Shown one piece after another: positions 43,560 through 51,079 of a stretch of DNA of 64,000 bases. Position 1 is the stretch's first letter, and the number at the start of each line of letters is the position of its first letter. Source of the stretch: an uncultured bacterium (lineage in GTDB: Bacteria; Patescibacteriota; Minisyncoccia; Minisyncoccales; UBA5738). The notes under the pieces are model-generated. The model made no database searches and was not told where the DNA came from. It worked only from the letters and a program-made list of their open reading frames with translations. The stretch lies in NCBI GenBank assembly GCA_903847095.1, contig CAINCQ010000016.1, positions 333 to 64,332 on the forward strand, given 5' to 3'. Position numbers and translations under genes: made by a program.

Positions 43560-44744
43560 TCACTTTGCCGCAGTTTTACTCTTTACGGACTTTTGTTCGA
43601 TTTGTTTTAAAATTTGTTTAACCTTATCCTTCCTCTCCCAGATAAAATCCGCATCCTCGCGTCCAAAATGTCCATAACAGCAAGCTTTTCTATAAATAGG
43701 GCGCAAAAGCTTCAACTGCCTGATAATGCCGCCCGGCGATAAATCAAAAATCTTGGGAATCATTTTTTCGATCCTCTCTTCATCTATTTTTTCGGTTCCG
43801 AATGTTTCCACGCTTACTTCGGTCGGCCTAGTCCCCCCGATCACGTAAGCAATCCTCAAAAAACACTCTTCGGCTATTCCGGCTGCCACGATATTTTTAG
43901 CTATGTAGCGCGCCATGTACGCGCCGGACCGGTCTACCTTGGTCGGATCCTTGCCGGAAAAACTTCCGCCTCCGACCGGTACCGTGCCCCCATAAGTATC
44001 AACGATGATCTTTCGGCCCGTGGCACCCGTGTCCGAAACCGGCCCTCCGATCACGAAGCGGCCTGTGTTGTTGATAAAAAATTTTGTACCGCGATCGATA
44101 TATTTGACGCAAACCGGTTTAATCACTTTTTCGATAATGTCCTTCTGGATTTTTAAGGTCGGCACATCGGGATCGTGTTGCGCGGCGATCACTACATTTT
44201 CAAGTCTTTTGGCAATCCCGTCCTGATATTCCAAAGTAATCTGGCTTTTCCCGTCCGGGCGGAGATAAGCAAGAATCTTCTTTTTTCGTACTTCGGCCAA
44301 ACGCGCCGAAAGGCCGTGCGCCATCATGATCGTTAGCGGCATCAGCTCGGGCGTTTCCGTCGAAGCGTACCCGGTGGCGAATCCCTGATCCCCCGCTCCC
44401 TGTTTCTTTGATCCCGCTTTCCTGATACCCCTGGCAATATCCGGGGACTGGCGGTTTACCGCGTTCAAAATTGTAACATTTTCGCAGTAAAATCCGTAAT
44501 CTTCTTTATTGTAACCGATATCGCGAATCACTTTCCTTATCAACGTATTGAAATCAACCCACGCCAAAGTCGAGATCTCGCCTCCAATGATCGCGTAACT
44601 ATTGCCAACCATCACTTCACAGGCAACACGCCCGTATTTGTCCTGCCTGATAACTTCATCGAGGATAGCGTCGGCGATCTGGTCAGCTACTTTGTCGGGA
44701 TGCCCCTCGGTCACGGATTCGGATGTAATAAATGTTTTTCTCAT
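43560..44744 (-). CDS. metK: S-adenosylmethionine synthase
   Basis: 394-aa [38 protein letters not shown] motifs. Confidence 0.95.
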   Translation of the reverse strand: MRKTFITSESVTEGHPDKVADQIADAILDEVIRQDKYGRVACEVMVGNSYAIIGGEISTLAWVDFNTLIRKVIRDIGYNKEDYGFYCENVTILNAVNRQSPDIARGIRKAGSKKQGAGDQGFATGYASTETPELMPLTIMMAHGLSARLAEVRKKKILAYLRPDGKSQITLEYQDGIAKRLENVVIAAQHDPDVPTLKIQKDIIEKVIKPVCVKYIDRGTKFFINNTGRFVIGGPVSDTGATGRKIIVDTYGGTVPVGGGSFSGKDPTKVDRSGAYMARYIAKNIVAAGIAEECFLRIAYVIGGTRPTEVSVETFGTEKIDEERIEKMIPKIFDLSPGGIIRQLKLLRPIYRKACCYGHFGREDADFIWERKDKVKQILKQIEQKSVKSKTAAK

Positions 44745-44766
44745 GATTTCGTGGTTATGTTGTTTT

Positions 44767-45900
44767 TTAAAGTGTTTTGGCCAGTCTTCTTTGCGCCTCC
44801 AAACGCTCCCTTTGGGTTATTTTACTATGTCTTATCCCTTTTTCAATAATATCTATCGTTTTATCGTAGGTTACCCGGTCGACAGCATAAGGAGTACCGT
44901 CTTTTCCGCCTACGGTGAAAGAATAACGCGCCGGATCCTCATAAGAAGGCTTAGCCCCGTAAATAAGCTCCGAAACCAACGATAACGCCCGGATAGTTTT
45001 TGGACCGACACCTTCGGTTTTAAGCAAGGCTTCAAATCCCTCAGGCTCAAGAAAATGAGCTTTTTCGATGGTTTTTTTCAAACGTTTGACGTTGAATTTT
45101 TCCGATAAAACTTCGTGCCAGTGGAATTCCACGTTGTTCAGTTCCATATCGACGAAACCCGGCAAACATTGTTGTCTGGCCGATCCTTCTTGGTTTTGCG
45201 CAAGTGTCAGGAAATCTTTTAAAAAGGTTTTTGGCTCTTCTTTGACCAAATCCGTTGATATTTCCTTGTTTTTTTTGCTGTCGCGGGCCGTAAGATTCAA
45301 AGGCGACAAGATAATGTCGCTGGCAATGCCCGAATGGGGCTCTTCACAAAAATCCTGGACCTTTTCCGACAGCCAATGATATCGACGTGCCTTCTGAATC
45401 TCCACGTTCATTCCCTGCTGGACCACGCTCCAATTACCGGCATCCGTAAAGATCAGATTGTGGGCATAGATCGAGAAGCCATCCTGGACCAAAGCCGAAT
45501 CTACCTTGGCCGCCATCCGGCTCGCGTTGACCAGCGATTCCGTTTTTTGATCGCTCCATCCTAAAAATTCACCCCACTTTCTGGTTTCAATGGGCGTATT
45601 GCGCGAAACTTTTTTTCCGCCACACACGTAAAATCCCGTTTCTTTTTCGATACCCCGCATCGCTTCCTTCAAGGCTCCCATGGTTGTAACGGTAAGGCCC
45701 GAAGAATTCCAGTCAAAACCCAGAACACAGCCAAAGCTTTGAAACCAAACCGGATCGGCCAGCCTTTTTAACATTTCTTCCGCCCCAAATTCCTCGATAA
45801 CGGCAATCGTAATACTCTGGGCCAGCCTTTTCATTCTTTGAAAAAGCCAAGCCGGACAATGGCCCCAATCCAGCGGTACTGTCGCGATCCCGGTCCTCAT
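44767..45900 (-). CDS. DUF763-family protein
   Basis: 377-aa ORF. The N-terminus [39 protein letters not shown] matches my recollection of the mainly archaeal DUF763 family. Confidence 0.6.
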   Translation of the reverse strand: MRTGIATVPLDWGHCPAWLFQRMKRLAQSITIAVIEEFGAEEMLKRLADPVWFQSFGCVLGFDWNSSGLTVTTMGALKEAMRGIEKETGFYVCGGKKVSRNTPIETRKWGEFLGWSDQKTESLVNASRMAAKVDSALVQDGFSIYAHNLIFTDAGNWSVVQQGMNVEIQKARRYHWLSEKVQDFCEEPHSGIASDIILSPLNLTARDSKKNKEISTDLVKEEPKTFLKDFLTLAQNQEGSARQQCLPGFVDMELNNVEFHWHEVLSEKFNVKRLKKTIEKAHFLEPEGFEALLKTEGVGPKTIRALSLVSELIYGAKPSYEDPARYSFTVGGKDGTPYAVDRVTYDKTIDIIEKGIRHSKITQRERLEAQRRLAKTL

Positions 45901-47216
45901 TGGTTTTTGGTGGAATAATTACGACGAAGCCAAGCTAGAATTTTTAAGGTTTCGCTTTTCAAATTACCGTCCATCGTCTGCCAATGCGGGGCCCCCAGGA
46001 TAATAATGGCTACCCGCCTGCTTCCCCCTTCCGCGGCTGGAAGACTGAAAACGAATAAACCGTTATATTTTGATTCTATGATATAACCGGTCTTTCCACC
46101 AATGAAACCCGGCTCATCGATAAATAAGTTTTTATTTTTCGGGGACAAAAAAACCGGCGAAGAAAAACCGGAAGGCTTGACCCCTTTGGTAATTTCGAAA
46201 ATTTCCGGATTGTTTTGGGCGACATGCCTTGCCAGATAAAAAAGATCTCTGGCAGTCGCCTGATTGGCAACATCGATACCATGGGCGTCAACGAACCCGG
46301 TCTTTTCCATCATGATCGACTTCGCTCTTTGGTTCATCGCGTAGATAGCGCTTCCACCCGGAATCGCGCTGCTCAAAACTTCGGCCGCATCATTGGACGA
46401 TTCCTGCAAAAGCGGAGAATAGAGCTGTTCCAAAGAATAGGTCAAGCCCGCCATAAGGCCCTCCGTTTCGCCATAAGGCCTCAACATCCAGTTTTTGACC
46501 AAAATCGTGTTTTTCAAATTCGTCTGTTCTTTGACAACTACGGCGGTCATCAATTTCGTAAGCGAAGCGATAGGCAAAGGGATATCGGAATTTTTTTCCG
46601 CGATAACCAATCCGGAATCGATATTGGCGACTAAAAAACTTCGGGCCGTAATTTCCGGGAAGTCGGCAACCGATGTTGTTTCGGGAATTTCGCGCTTTTC
46701 CTCGCCTATCGCAAGCACCGGCAAACCAACCTCAACCGATCCATAAAGAATCTTGGCATCGCGATCGCTTAAAGCCAAGCATTCCGCCTTTTGGTAAACG
46801 CCATTCTCTTTAGGTAATATTGCGTATGACTCTCCATGAATCCGGCAGGAACCATAATAATTCAAAGCATAAGGCAAATATGTACCCGTATCCATGGAAA
46901 AGTCCAGCCCTTTTTTCGATTGAATGAAAAAAAATCCGGTCGGCAAGCCGTCTTTTTTATTTAAAATCGGGAAGGTGTTCTCGATCTCCCCGAATTTATA
47001 GATCCTCACTTTATTTTCCGGAATATTGATTTCCAAAAAATCCTTTTTTGAAAAGATAAACTCTTCGCGCAAATCCTGGTATCCCCCCAGGTATGTTTGG
47101 CCGGCTTTCACGATCACCGGCCGGGCAATATCGCTTACGGCAAAAACCCGGCTAACGCCAAAAAAAACAGATATATATAGAAGGAAAGACAATAATGGTA
47201 GAAATCTCGTTTTCAT
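45897..47216 (-). CDS. D-alanyl-D-alanine carboxypeptidase (serine peptidase S11-like) with N-terminal extension
   Basis: ORF 45897..47270. Start placed at the ATG at 47216 (MKTRFLPLLSFLLY signal/anchor). SxxK = ASLTK, SxN = SSND, KTG = GKTGY. Confidence 0.8.
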   Translation of the reverse strand: MKTRFLPLLSFLLYISVFFGVSRVFAVSDIARPVIVKAGQTYLGGYQDLREEFIFSKKDFLEINIPENKVRIYKFGEIENTFPILNKKDGLPTGFFFIQSKKGLDFSMDTGTYLPYALNYYGSCRIHGESYAILPKENGVYQKAECLALSDRDAKILYGSVEVGLPVLAIGEEKREIPETTSVADFPEITARSFLVANIDSGLVIAEKNSDIPLPIASLTKLMTAVVVKEQTNLKNTILVKNWMLRPYGETEGLMAGLTYSLEQLYSPLLQESSNDAAEVLSSAIPGGSAIYAMNQRAKSIMMEKTGFVDAHGIDVANQATARDLFYLARHVAQNNPEIFEITKGVKPSGFSSPVFLSPKNKNLFIDEPGFIGGKTGYIIESKYNGLFVFSLPAAEGGSRRVAIIILGAPHWQTMDGNLKSETLKILAWLRRNYSTKNQ

Positions 47217-47330
47217 GGATAATGGGCTAGAATCAAAATCCCCGCCGTATCGGAATCGGACGACGGACAAATCAGATCAAATCCATTCTAACCAAAAACC
47301 GGCCTTTCGGCCAGTTTTTAATTTTTTGGA

Positions 47331-48275
47331 TTAAACGCGGCTCACTCTTGTAAGCCCGGAGCACGGAATGATCTCGACACCCTGTCTTTGCAGCTCGTCA
47401 AGAAACAAGTTAACGCCCAGAGAATCGGAGCTTATATGTCCGGCGATCACCACATTGATATTCGCGGCTTCGGCTTCCTTCCGATATTCCTCGGAAACAT
47501 GCATTCCGACCGTCGTCCCGATCCCGGCCATCGCCATTTTCGCGTAAAGCTTGGCTGAACCTGCCGTCCCGCCCGTTATTTCCGAAAGGATGATCTTTCC
47601 GCAATGACTTTCCGGATTGCCAACAAAGATCTTGGGCCCGACCCCGATCTTAGCCGCTTCCCTGTATTCCGGGATCTGGCTCAAAATATCCATCAAGTCG
47701 CTTAGCCTTTCGGGCGCGGCCTCCCCGATCTTTTCCCGCAAAAAATTAGCGGCCAGGTTGTCACACGGCGTATGGCAACAAATAAGATTAAATCCCATCA
47801 GTCTGGCCGTATCGACCGTACGTTGGTGGTTTTTGGCATTCAAACCGCGGGCAACCTCGGAAATCCTTTCCCGCATCAATCCTTCGGCCACGTTGATCGG
47901 CACACCATATAAATTCAAAACCTCGGCTTGGAGCTCCATCACATCGGATAGATTGGCTAATCCCTTGCCGATCGGATGGTGGGAAAAGATCAGGTCGATA
48001 TCCCCGAGGAATTTTGCCATCAAAATCTCGGCCGGATCGATATCGATCCCGGCCAAAACCTTTTTGACTTCAATGTCGTTTTTAACGTAAAGCAGCTGGC
48101 TGTCCGCATAAGGATTGGTCAGCTTGGTCGTATCAAAATCCGCTTTCTCCTGATTGGACAAGCGGTCGTAGTTTTGGCGGCGGCGAGCCAGCGTTTTTTC
48201 CACCGCGGCCCGCCCGCGAAGATCGGCATCGATCCCTTTATTTAGCGCTAGGTTGTAAATTTCGGATACCTTCAT
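47331..48275 (-). CDS. NIF3 (DUF34)-like dinuclear metal-centre protein
   Basis: 314-aa ORF. LIFSHHPIG, CCHTPCDN and AGHISSDS correspond to the conserved His/Asp ligand blocks of NIF3 proteins (by eye). Confidence 0.55.
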   Translation of the reverse strand: MKVSEIYNLALNKGIDADLRGRAAVEKTLARRRQNYDRLSNQEKADFDTTKLTNPYADSQLLYVKNDIEVKKVLAGIDIDPAEILMAKFLGDIDLIFSHHPIGKGLANLSDVMELQAEVLNLYGVPINVAEGLMRERISEVARGLNAKNHQRTVDTARLMGFNLICCHTPCDNLAANFLREKIGEAAPERLSDLMDILSQIPEYREAAKIGVGPKIFVGNPESHCGKIILSEITGGTAGSAKLYAKMAMAGIGTTVGMHVSEEYRKEAEAANINVVIAGHISSDSLGVNLFLDELQRQGVEIIPCSGLTRVSRV

Positions 48276-48553
48276 TTCTGTTTGAATATTTTTGCGTAAG
48301 CTCGCCTATTAATTTCTTCTGCTGATCCAAATCCAATACTTGCCGGCGGATCCGGGCTTTTTCGTTTCGAATATGTTTCCTGGTACTTGCTGGAATTGTG
48401 TTCATTATGATTTACTGCTTTATACTTCGCGCAACCTTTAGTCCAATCTTAAATTTATACTACAAAACACCTTAATTATCAAGCCAAACTAAATCTGCGC
48501 CGGATGTAACTTAAATCCGGCTTAAGCAATTTGTTCAAAAAAATCCGTTTTTT

Positions 48554-49093
48554 TTAACGGATTTGAAGCACTCTGTTTGATTGGTAAAAACTTTCCACGC
48601 TTCCTTTTTTCCACCAGCCCTTCAATTCAGGTTGTCCGATAAGATCCGGCCGGTGGAATGGCACGTTCCCCGGAGATAAAACCCGGCCCAAACAATGCCC
48701 ATCGGCTTTTGAACGGATCTGAATCAGTTCCCTACCCTTAAACCACCGACCCATACGCAACAAACAGCGCCGGATCGCTATGTCCTGGATATGGGTTCGG
48801 GCTGTTTCCTGGTGCTTGTAATCGAACCCCGACTCGACATTGGTTGGATTGTCGTCATAGACATTGCAAGCGTCATAAATGAGCTGGCCAACGATATGAG
48901 AATTCTTTATCAGGAAATAATAATATCCATCCTCATAAAGAGCGCAAGCGCCCAAAAAATCCACCAAAGTCCTGTTGACCGTCCAAACCAGACGCCAGTT
49001 CCCTTCTCCGTATATCTCGTTCCATTCTTTAAATCTAAAGTCCCGCTCCGCTCCCAAATACCCCGGCGTCCCGATAGTTATCCAATTTTCCAT
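48554..49093 (-). CDS. hypothetical protein (179 aa)
   Basis: ORF preceded by GGAGGaaatATG. Trp/Tyr-rich, no motif recognised. Confidence 0.6.
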   Translation of the reverse strand: MENWITIGTPGYLGAERDFRFKEWNEIYGEGNWRLVWTVNRTLVDFLGACALYEDGYYYFLIKNSHIVGQLIYDACNVYDDNPTNVESGFDYKHQETARTHIQDIAIRRCLLRMGRWFKGRELIQIRSKADGHCLGRVLSPGNVPFHRPDLIGQPELKGWWKKGSVESFYQSNRVLQIR

Positions 49094-49181
49094 ATTTCCT
49101 CCAATGGCTTGTTAACGATCTTTAATTTTTGAAAACGGCTATATTGTACCTTAATCCGTTTAAGCGTCAAGGATGCCTAAT

Positions 49182-49207
49182 AAAAAAGCTGGCTTTTAAA
49201 AACCAGC
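49182..49207 (-). terminator. intrinsic terminator after the 21-aa ORF
   Basis: Minus strand reads GCTGG-tttttaaaag-CCAGC followed by TTTTTTATT. Confidence 0.65.
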
Positions 49208-49253
49208 GTCTAATTTGTGTCAGTGAAGGACGGCACCATAAAGCTTCAAGCGT

Positions 49254-49319
49254 TCAAGCGCCAGCCAACCCGACTACGGCCATCGCGATAATGACCAGTA
49301 CGGCAATGAGTTTCCTCAT
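49254..49319 (-). CDS. 21-aa hydrophobic micro-protein (MRKLIAVLVIIAMAVVGLAGA), tentative
   Basis: ATG at 49319 lies 11 nt downstream of GGGAGGT (49336-49330). TGA at 49256-49254, terminator 47 nt further on. Below the ORF-track size cut-off. Confidence 0.4.
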   Translation of the reverse strand: MRKLIAVLVIIAMAVVGLAGA

Positions 49320-49888
49320 AGTTAGGGGGACCTCCCTATACCCTTCCCGCCTTTTTATGCCGGGGCAGAAAAGCAGGAACAAAACTGCGCTAGGCTCTTT
49401 TCACCAAGTTGTACCGCACGCGACACCGGCGTACTTTTCGTAGGCCTATCCGCCGGATCCGCCACAAGAACTGGCTAGTTTTTTCATTAGCAGTATATCC
49501 TCCAAGGTTTCGTTTTTGAAACCAGAACGTTAACTGGAATAGCTGGGTATTTACAATCGATCGTTTGTCCTTTCGGACAGCCAGGTTCACCATTACTCTA
49601 TGTACCCTAAGCATCCGGTACTAGCTCGTCCTCGGTATGGCGTGGCTGCTGGAAAAAATATGCCTCATTGTTTCCGTTTCACCTCCCGAAAAACCATGTC
49701 TTACTTCTCTGCTTACGCAAAACCGGAGCCTTGCGGAGTCCCAGCCTTACCGCTCCTTAATGGAACACGTCTGTCGAGCCCTGTTCGGGACCCTAGGTAA
49801 ACCAGGATGTAGTTTCAGACGATAATGATTGTTGCTACCATAACTGGCGATCGATCGATCCTCACCTCCTTTTTAAGTTGCTGAAGCT

Positions 49889-49916
49889 ATTTTACCCGAA
49901 ACGCGCTATTTGTCAA
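49889..49916 (-). promoter_or_regulatory. near-consensus sigma70 promoter inside the non-coding region
   Basis: Minus strand reads TTGACA (49916-49911), 16-nt spacer, TAAAAT (49894-49889). Confidence 0.6.
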
Positions 49917-50065
49917 AAGTCCGGGCTAAAATAAAAGGGCGGTTATCCGTCCTTTAATTAAATATCAGCATACGCTGGGGTTTCGGTCGTTTCGAAATCG
50001 GTTAAATCGGTTAAATCGGTTGGCGTTGGGCGCGAATAATTTTTAACCCGTCCGCATTGTCTGCT

Positions 50066-50350
50066 TCATGGTCCGGGGTTAAAGGGCAGATACATAACAG
50101 AAGCGCCGTTGTCGGTAGAAACATTGGTTCGAGAAACTCCCAAGGAGCCAGCTTCGGATACCGGTGGTCCGGGACCAAGTGCCAGACACATTGCCGCGAT
50201 CAGGAACAATACAAGCAATGGCTCAGCAAAGATACCTTGAAGTCCTGCACCGGATTCGCTGGGCAAATCGCCCGAGTCAGTGGAAGTCGTTATTTTGGCC
50301 AGCAGGATCGCTCCCAAAAACAGCACTGCTATCGTAAGCACGTTGAGCAT
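50066..50350 (-). CDS. 94-aa protein with two hydrophobic segments
   Basis: ATG at 50350 lies 7 nt after the exact SD GGAGGTGA (50364-50357). MLNVLTIAVLFLGAILLA.. and ..IFAEPLLVLFLIAAMCLALG. Confidence 0.6.
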   Translation of the reverse strand: MLNVLTIAVLFLGAILLAKITTSTDSGDLPSESGAGLQGIFAEPLLVLFLIAAMCLALGPGPPVSEAGSLGVSRTNVSTDNGASVMYLPFNPGP

Positions 50351-50428
50351 ATTTTTTCACCTCCTTTTCGCTCTTCGACGTTATTCCACCTTCGGAACAA
50401 ACCGTCGGCAATCCGTGACCACCTAAGG

Positions 50429-50626
50429 TCAAATGATCACCGCCAAATCGGGCGGGCCGGTTCCGGCATGTAACAACCTCGGCCGCAAGACCGACTTTAC
50501 CGTTATTTTCCGCCCCCTGGCGGGAAAAATCAGACAGTCGCCCAAACCGCTCGGTATAACGCATTGCTTCTTAGCTATTCCCGTCATAACGGCGCGGCGC
50601 AGAAAGGCGCATGCTCCCTTAATCAA
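50429..50626 (-). CDS. 65-aa basic protein, tentative
   Basis: TTG at 50626 lies 1 nt after GGAGGTGA (50635-50628). The sequence is not informative. Confidence 0.3.
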   Translation of the reverse strand: MIKGACAFLRRAVMTGIAKKQCVIPSGLGDCLIFPARGRKITVKSVLRPRLLHAGTGPPDLAVII

Positions 50627-50692
50627 ATCACCTCCTTACGGGATACGACTGGAGTGTTCACAATCCTGGTTTAAAAAATTCAGGACATCCCT

Positions 50693-50746
50693 TTAGAAAG
50701 CCATCCACAATCCGCCGAGCTTCCGCTTAACGGATTTTGCACTCAT
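50693..50746 (-). CDS. 17-aa micro-ORF MSAKSVKRKLGGLWMAF, tentative
   Basis: ATG at 50746 lies 6 nt after GAGGT (50757-50753). It shares K(F/L)GGLWM..AF-stop with the micro-ORF at 50833..50922, with synonymous codon differences. Confidence 0.35.
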   Translation of the reverse strand: MSAKSVKRKLGGLWMAF

Positions 50747-50832
50747 TCAGATACCTCGAAGCGTTGTTCAGCAGGACATTCCAGGCTGGGTAGCGCAGCA
50801 ACATAGGTTGACGCTTAGCCGGCCGCGGGAAG

Positions 50833-50922
50833 CTAAAAAGCATTCCCAATTAAAAATGTCCGCATCCTGCGCTCCATCCAAAGGCCTCCGAACTTCCACA
50901 CAAGAAGCTGGCTTTTTCTGAT
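50833..50922 (-). CDS. 29-codon micro-ORF (..SQLLVWKFGGLWMERRMRTFLIGNAF), start codon unclear
   Basis: The frame opens 4 nt after the 8-mer GGAGGTGA (50934-50927), i.e. 7 nt after its GGAGG core, at a non-canonical ATC (50922). The first canonical in-frame start is GTG at 50901. Paralogous to 50693..50746. Confidence 0.25.
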   Translation of the reverse strand: MRKSQLLVWKFGGLWMERRMRTFLIGNAF

Positions 50923-50998
50923 GCTTTCACCTCCTACCGCTTTATCGATTATGATTGTTAAGGAACTGTTAAAATGAATTTATCGGATTTAGGGTTTT

Positions 50999-51027
50999 TT
51001 GTCAAAGGGTTGCCTGTTTGCTAATAT
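50999..51027 (+). promoter_or_regulatory. sigma70-like promoter of purB
   Basis: TTGTCA (50999-51004), 17-nt spacer, TAATAT (51022-51027). Confidence 0.65.
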
Positions 51028-51079
51028 TATAAGTTGATGTTAGTATTTCCCATTGTTCCTTAACAAAAGGAGGAAAAAA

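Noticed and set aside
48238-48405. 55-aa minus-strand ORF (MNTIPASTRKHIRNEKARIRRQVLDLDQQKKLIGELTQKYSNRNEG..) in the spacer upstream of the NIF3-like gene.
   Set aside because: It has no recognisable SD and overlaps the NIF3-like start by 38 nt in another frame. It is plausibly real (coiled, basic) but unsupported.
49390-49614. 74-aa minus-strand ORF (MLRVHRVMVNLAVRKDKRS..RRCRVRYNLVKRA).
   Set aside because: It has no SD and an extremely basic, low-complexity sequence, and it spans predicted RNA helices. Its C-terminal part overlaps the repeated module discussed in the findings, so a short translated segment cannot be fully excluded.
49913-49924. A 12-nt exact match (AAAGTCCGGGCT, plus strand) to the most conserved RNase P RNA segment (CR-I / P4 5' strand).
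   Set aside because: The obligatory P4 partner (CCCGGCTT-like, within ACAGAACCCGGCTTA) is absent from the plus strand anywhere in 49.1-51.0 kb. The other RNase P-like snippets I noticed (GGTGAAACGG at ~49685, GAACCTGGCT at ~49585) are on the opposite strand. The match also overlaps the -35 box of the predicted minus-strand promoter. cmsearch with RF00010/RF00011 would settle it.
49995-50021. Three perfect tandem copies of AAATCGGTT.
   Set aside because: The tract is too short for a CRISPR or iteron call on its own. It is reported only as part of the description of the 49.1-51.05 kb region.
50405-50430. A T-box-like GGTGGTCACGG sequence upstream of the 94-aa ORF.
   Set aside because: No specifier-loop, AGAGA or stem I features are present. 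The downstream gene is not an aaRS or amino-acid gene, and the match is only partial.
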